NCBI GenBank assembly: GCA_020536535.1
Contig: JAHLWZ010000871.1
Span: forward strand, 1-64,000
Reading direction: 5' to 3'
DNA from: Pelomyxa schiedti
Taxonomy: Eukaryota; Protista; Evosea
DNA: 64,000 nt
A model generated the notes under the pieces. The model was not told where the DNA came from. It did no database searches and saw nothing but the letters and a program-made list of their open reading frames with translations. The position numbers and the translations under genes are program-made. This document shows, one piece after another, positions 62,881 to 64,000 of the stretch. The first letter of the stretch is position 1. Each line of letters opens with the position of its first letter.

Positions 62881-63350
62881 GGAAGAAGAAGAAATCAATG
62901 TTAAAACTATGATGAAATAATCCAACCACACACAGGGCCGATTTGAATGTGTGTATATATGTACGTTGTATGTTTTGGGTAGACATAGTAGTAACCTAAA
63001 TACAACACACGACACACAACAGTGGGGCCATCATTATAGAATACCCAACAAATAAACAACACTGTTTAGTGTCTGCAACGTCTTCCGACGTTGAAGACCC
63101 TGCTGCAGCAAAAAAGATTGCATTCCTTGTGGTTGATGTTTTGTGCGAGACACTCCTTCACTTGTGCGTGAAAACGTTCCATGTCCGCGCTGTTGTTACG
63201 TCCGCAATCGATTCGATCACCTCTTATTCTTTGAATTTGATGTGCACCGAGCTAATCGAATCTGTTGTTGATTAGCAGGAAAACCTAAACGATGGTTTTT
63301 TCGCAAAAATCACACAGGCACAGAAAACCCCCAAAGCTTCTTCCTCAGTC

Positions 63351-64000
63351 ATGCAAAACACCCGTAGCAACACAGAATTCTGGCTGGAGACATGCACCAG
63401 CACAATGGACGTAGCCAAAAGCCGAATCGACGACGGCACACTGACAGGCCCTTGTGCGCTCATCTGCTCCCGAGAGCAGACCCAGGGCCGGGGCACATCC
63501 GGGCGTACATGGTCCTCCGTGTCTGGAAACTTACACCTCACAGTTGCAATCAGTAGAGAAAGCATCCTCCGGCCGGCACCAAACCAACCAGCGAGGGAAT
63601 TCCAGCTGCCACTTGTGACAGCTGTGGCTATGCACAGAGTGATATGCATGTGCCCTTTGGTGGAGGTCACGCCAGGAGGGGGTGGCTGCGATTCTGCTGC
63701 CACTGAGGGTGGTGCTGCAGTGTTTGTGAAATGGCCAAATGACATTTTGATAGGCGGGGAGAAGGTTGCTGGGGTGCTGATTGAATCGCACAAGGGTTAC
63801 TATCTAGTTGGAATTGGGGTAAATGTTGAAACTGCTCCACCTGTGAAAGATGGGGGCAGAAAGAGCACTTGCCTGAGAGCTCATGCCAGAACCGATACTG
63901 GTGGTATTATAACTGCTGAGCGACTGGCTCGCTCTTTATATGATCACTTGGTGGCCGCAATTATTGAATCCCCGTTTGACCAAGACCAGATTTTGAAGGA
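63351..64000 (+). CDS. Biotin--protein ligase (BirA/BPL catalytic domain), truncated by the window end
   Basis: CTSTMD, EQTQGRGTSGRTWSSVSGNL, VKWPNDILIGGEKVAGVLIE, VGIGVNV. Absent from the ORF track because no stop lies in the window. Confidence 0.92.
   Translation, partial: MQNTRSNTEFWLETCTSTMDVAKSRIDDGTLTGPCALICSREQTQGRGTSGRTWSSVSGNLHLTVAISRESILRPAPNQPAREFQLPLVTAVAMHRVICMCPLVEVTPGGGGCDSAATEGGAAVFVKWPNDILIGGEKVAGVLIESHKGYYLVGIGVNVETAPPVKDGGRKSTCLRAHARTDTGGIITAERLARSLYDHLVAAIIESPFDQDQILK

Noticed and set aside
63272-63793. 173-aa minus-strand ORF
   Set aside because: Antisense to the clearly recognisable biotin ligase.
1-64000. CRISPR arrays, tRNA or rRNA genes, prokaryotic operons
   Set aside because: None seen; the regularly spaced units at 47231-49631 are LRR exons and introns, not repeat-spacer arrays.

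Overview
Gene-dense eukaryotic genomic DNA with many short (mostly ~40-80 nt) spliceosomal introns, so the ORF track fragments most genes; the models below were hand-spliced. An axonemal dynein, a Roco kinase and bacterial-type metabolic genes suggest a flagellate amoebozoan such as an archamoeba (inference). Genes in order: truncated VWA gene, VC1184-type cysteine desulfurase-like enzyme, PH-SH3 adaptor, histidine phosphatase, RPS15, DUSP, two hypothetical genes, XPF/ERCC4, a 17-kb DNAH10-like dynein heavy chain, PB1 protein, WBP11, serpin, MFS transporter, LRR-NDP kinase fusion, tail-anchored protein, Rap pseudogene, Roco protein, COMMD7, PBP-type surface receptor, decayed Sola-like transposase and a biotin ligase. 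Best finds: (1) a box C/D RNA in an XPF intron whose two guides both match U12 snRNA and, by the D+5 rule, point to A8 and G18, implying a minor spliceosome and a dual U12 methylation guide; (2) an LRRK2-like Roco protein with one-repeat-per-exon LRRs and a C-terminal PINK1/PEAK-like pseudokinase; (3) an LRR-nucleoside diphosphate kinase fusion; (4) a perfect inverted duplication that truncates the VWA gene. No searches were run; family calls rest on motif recognition.
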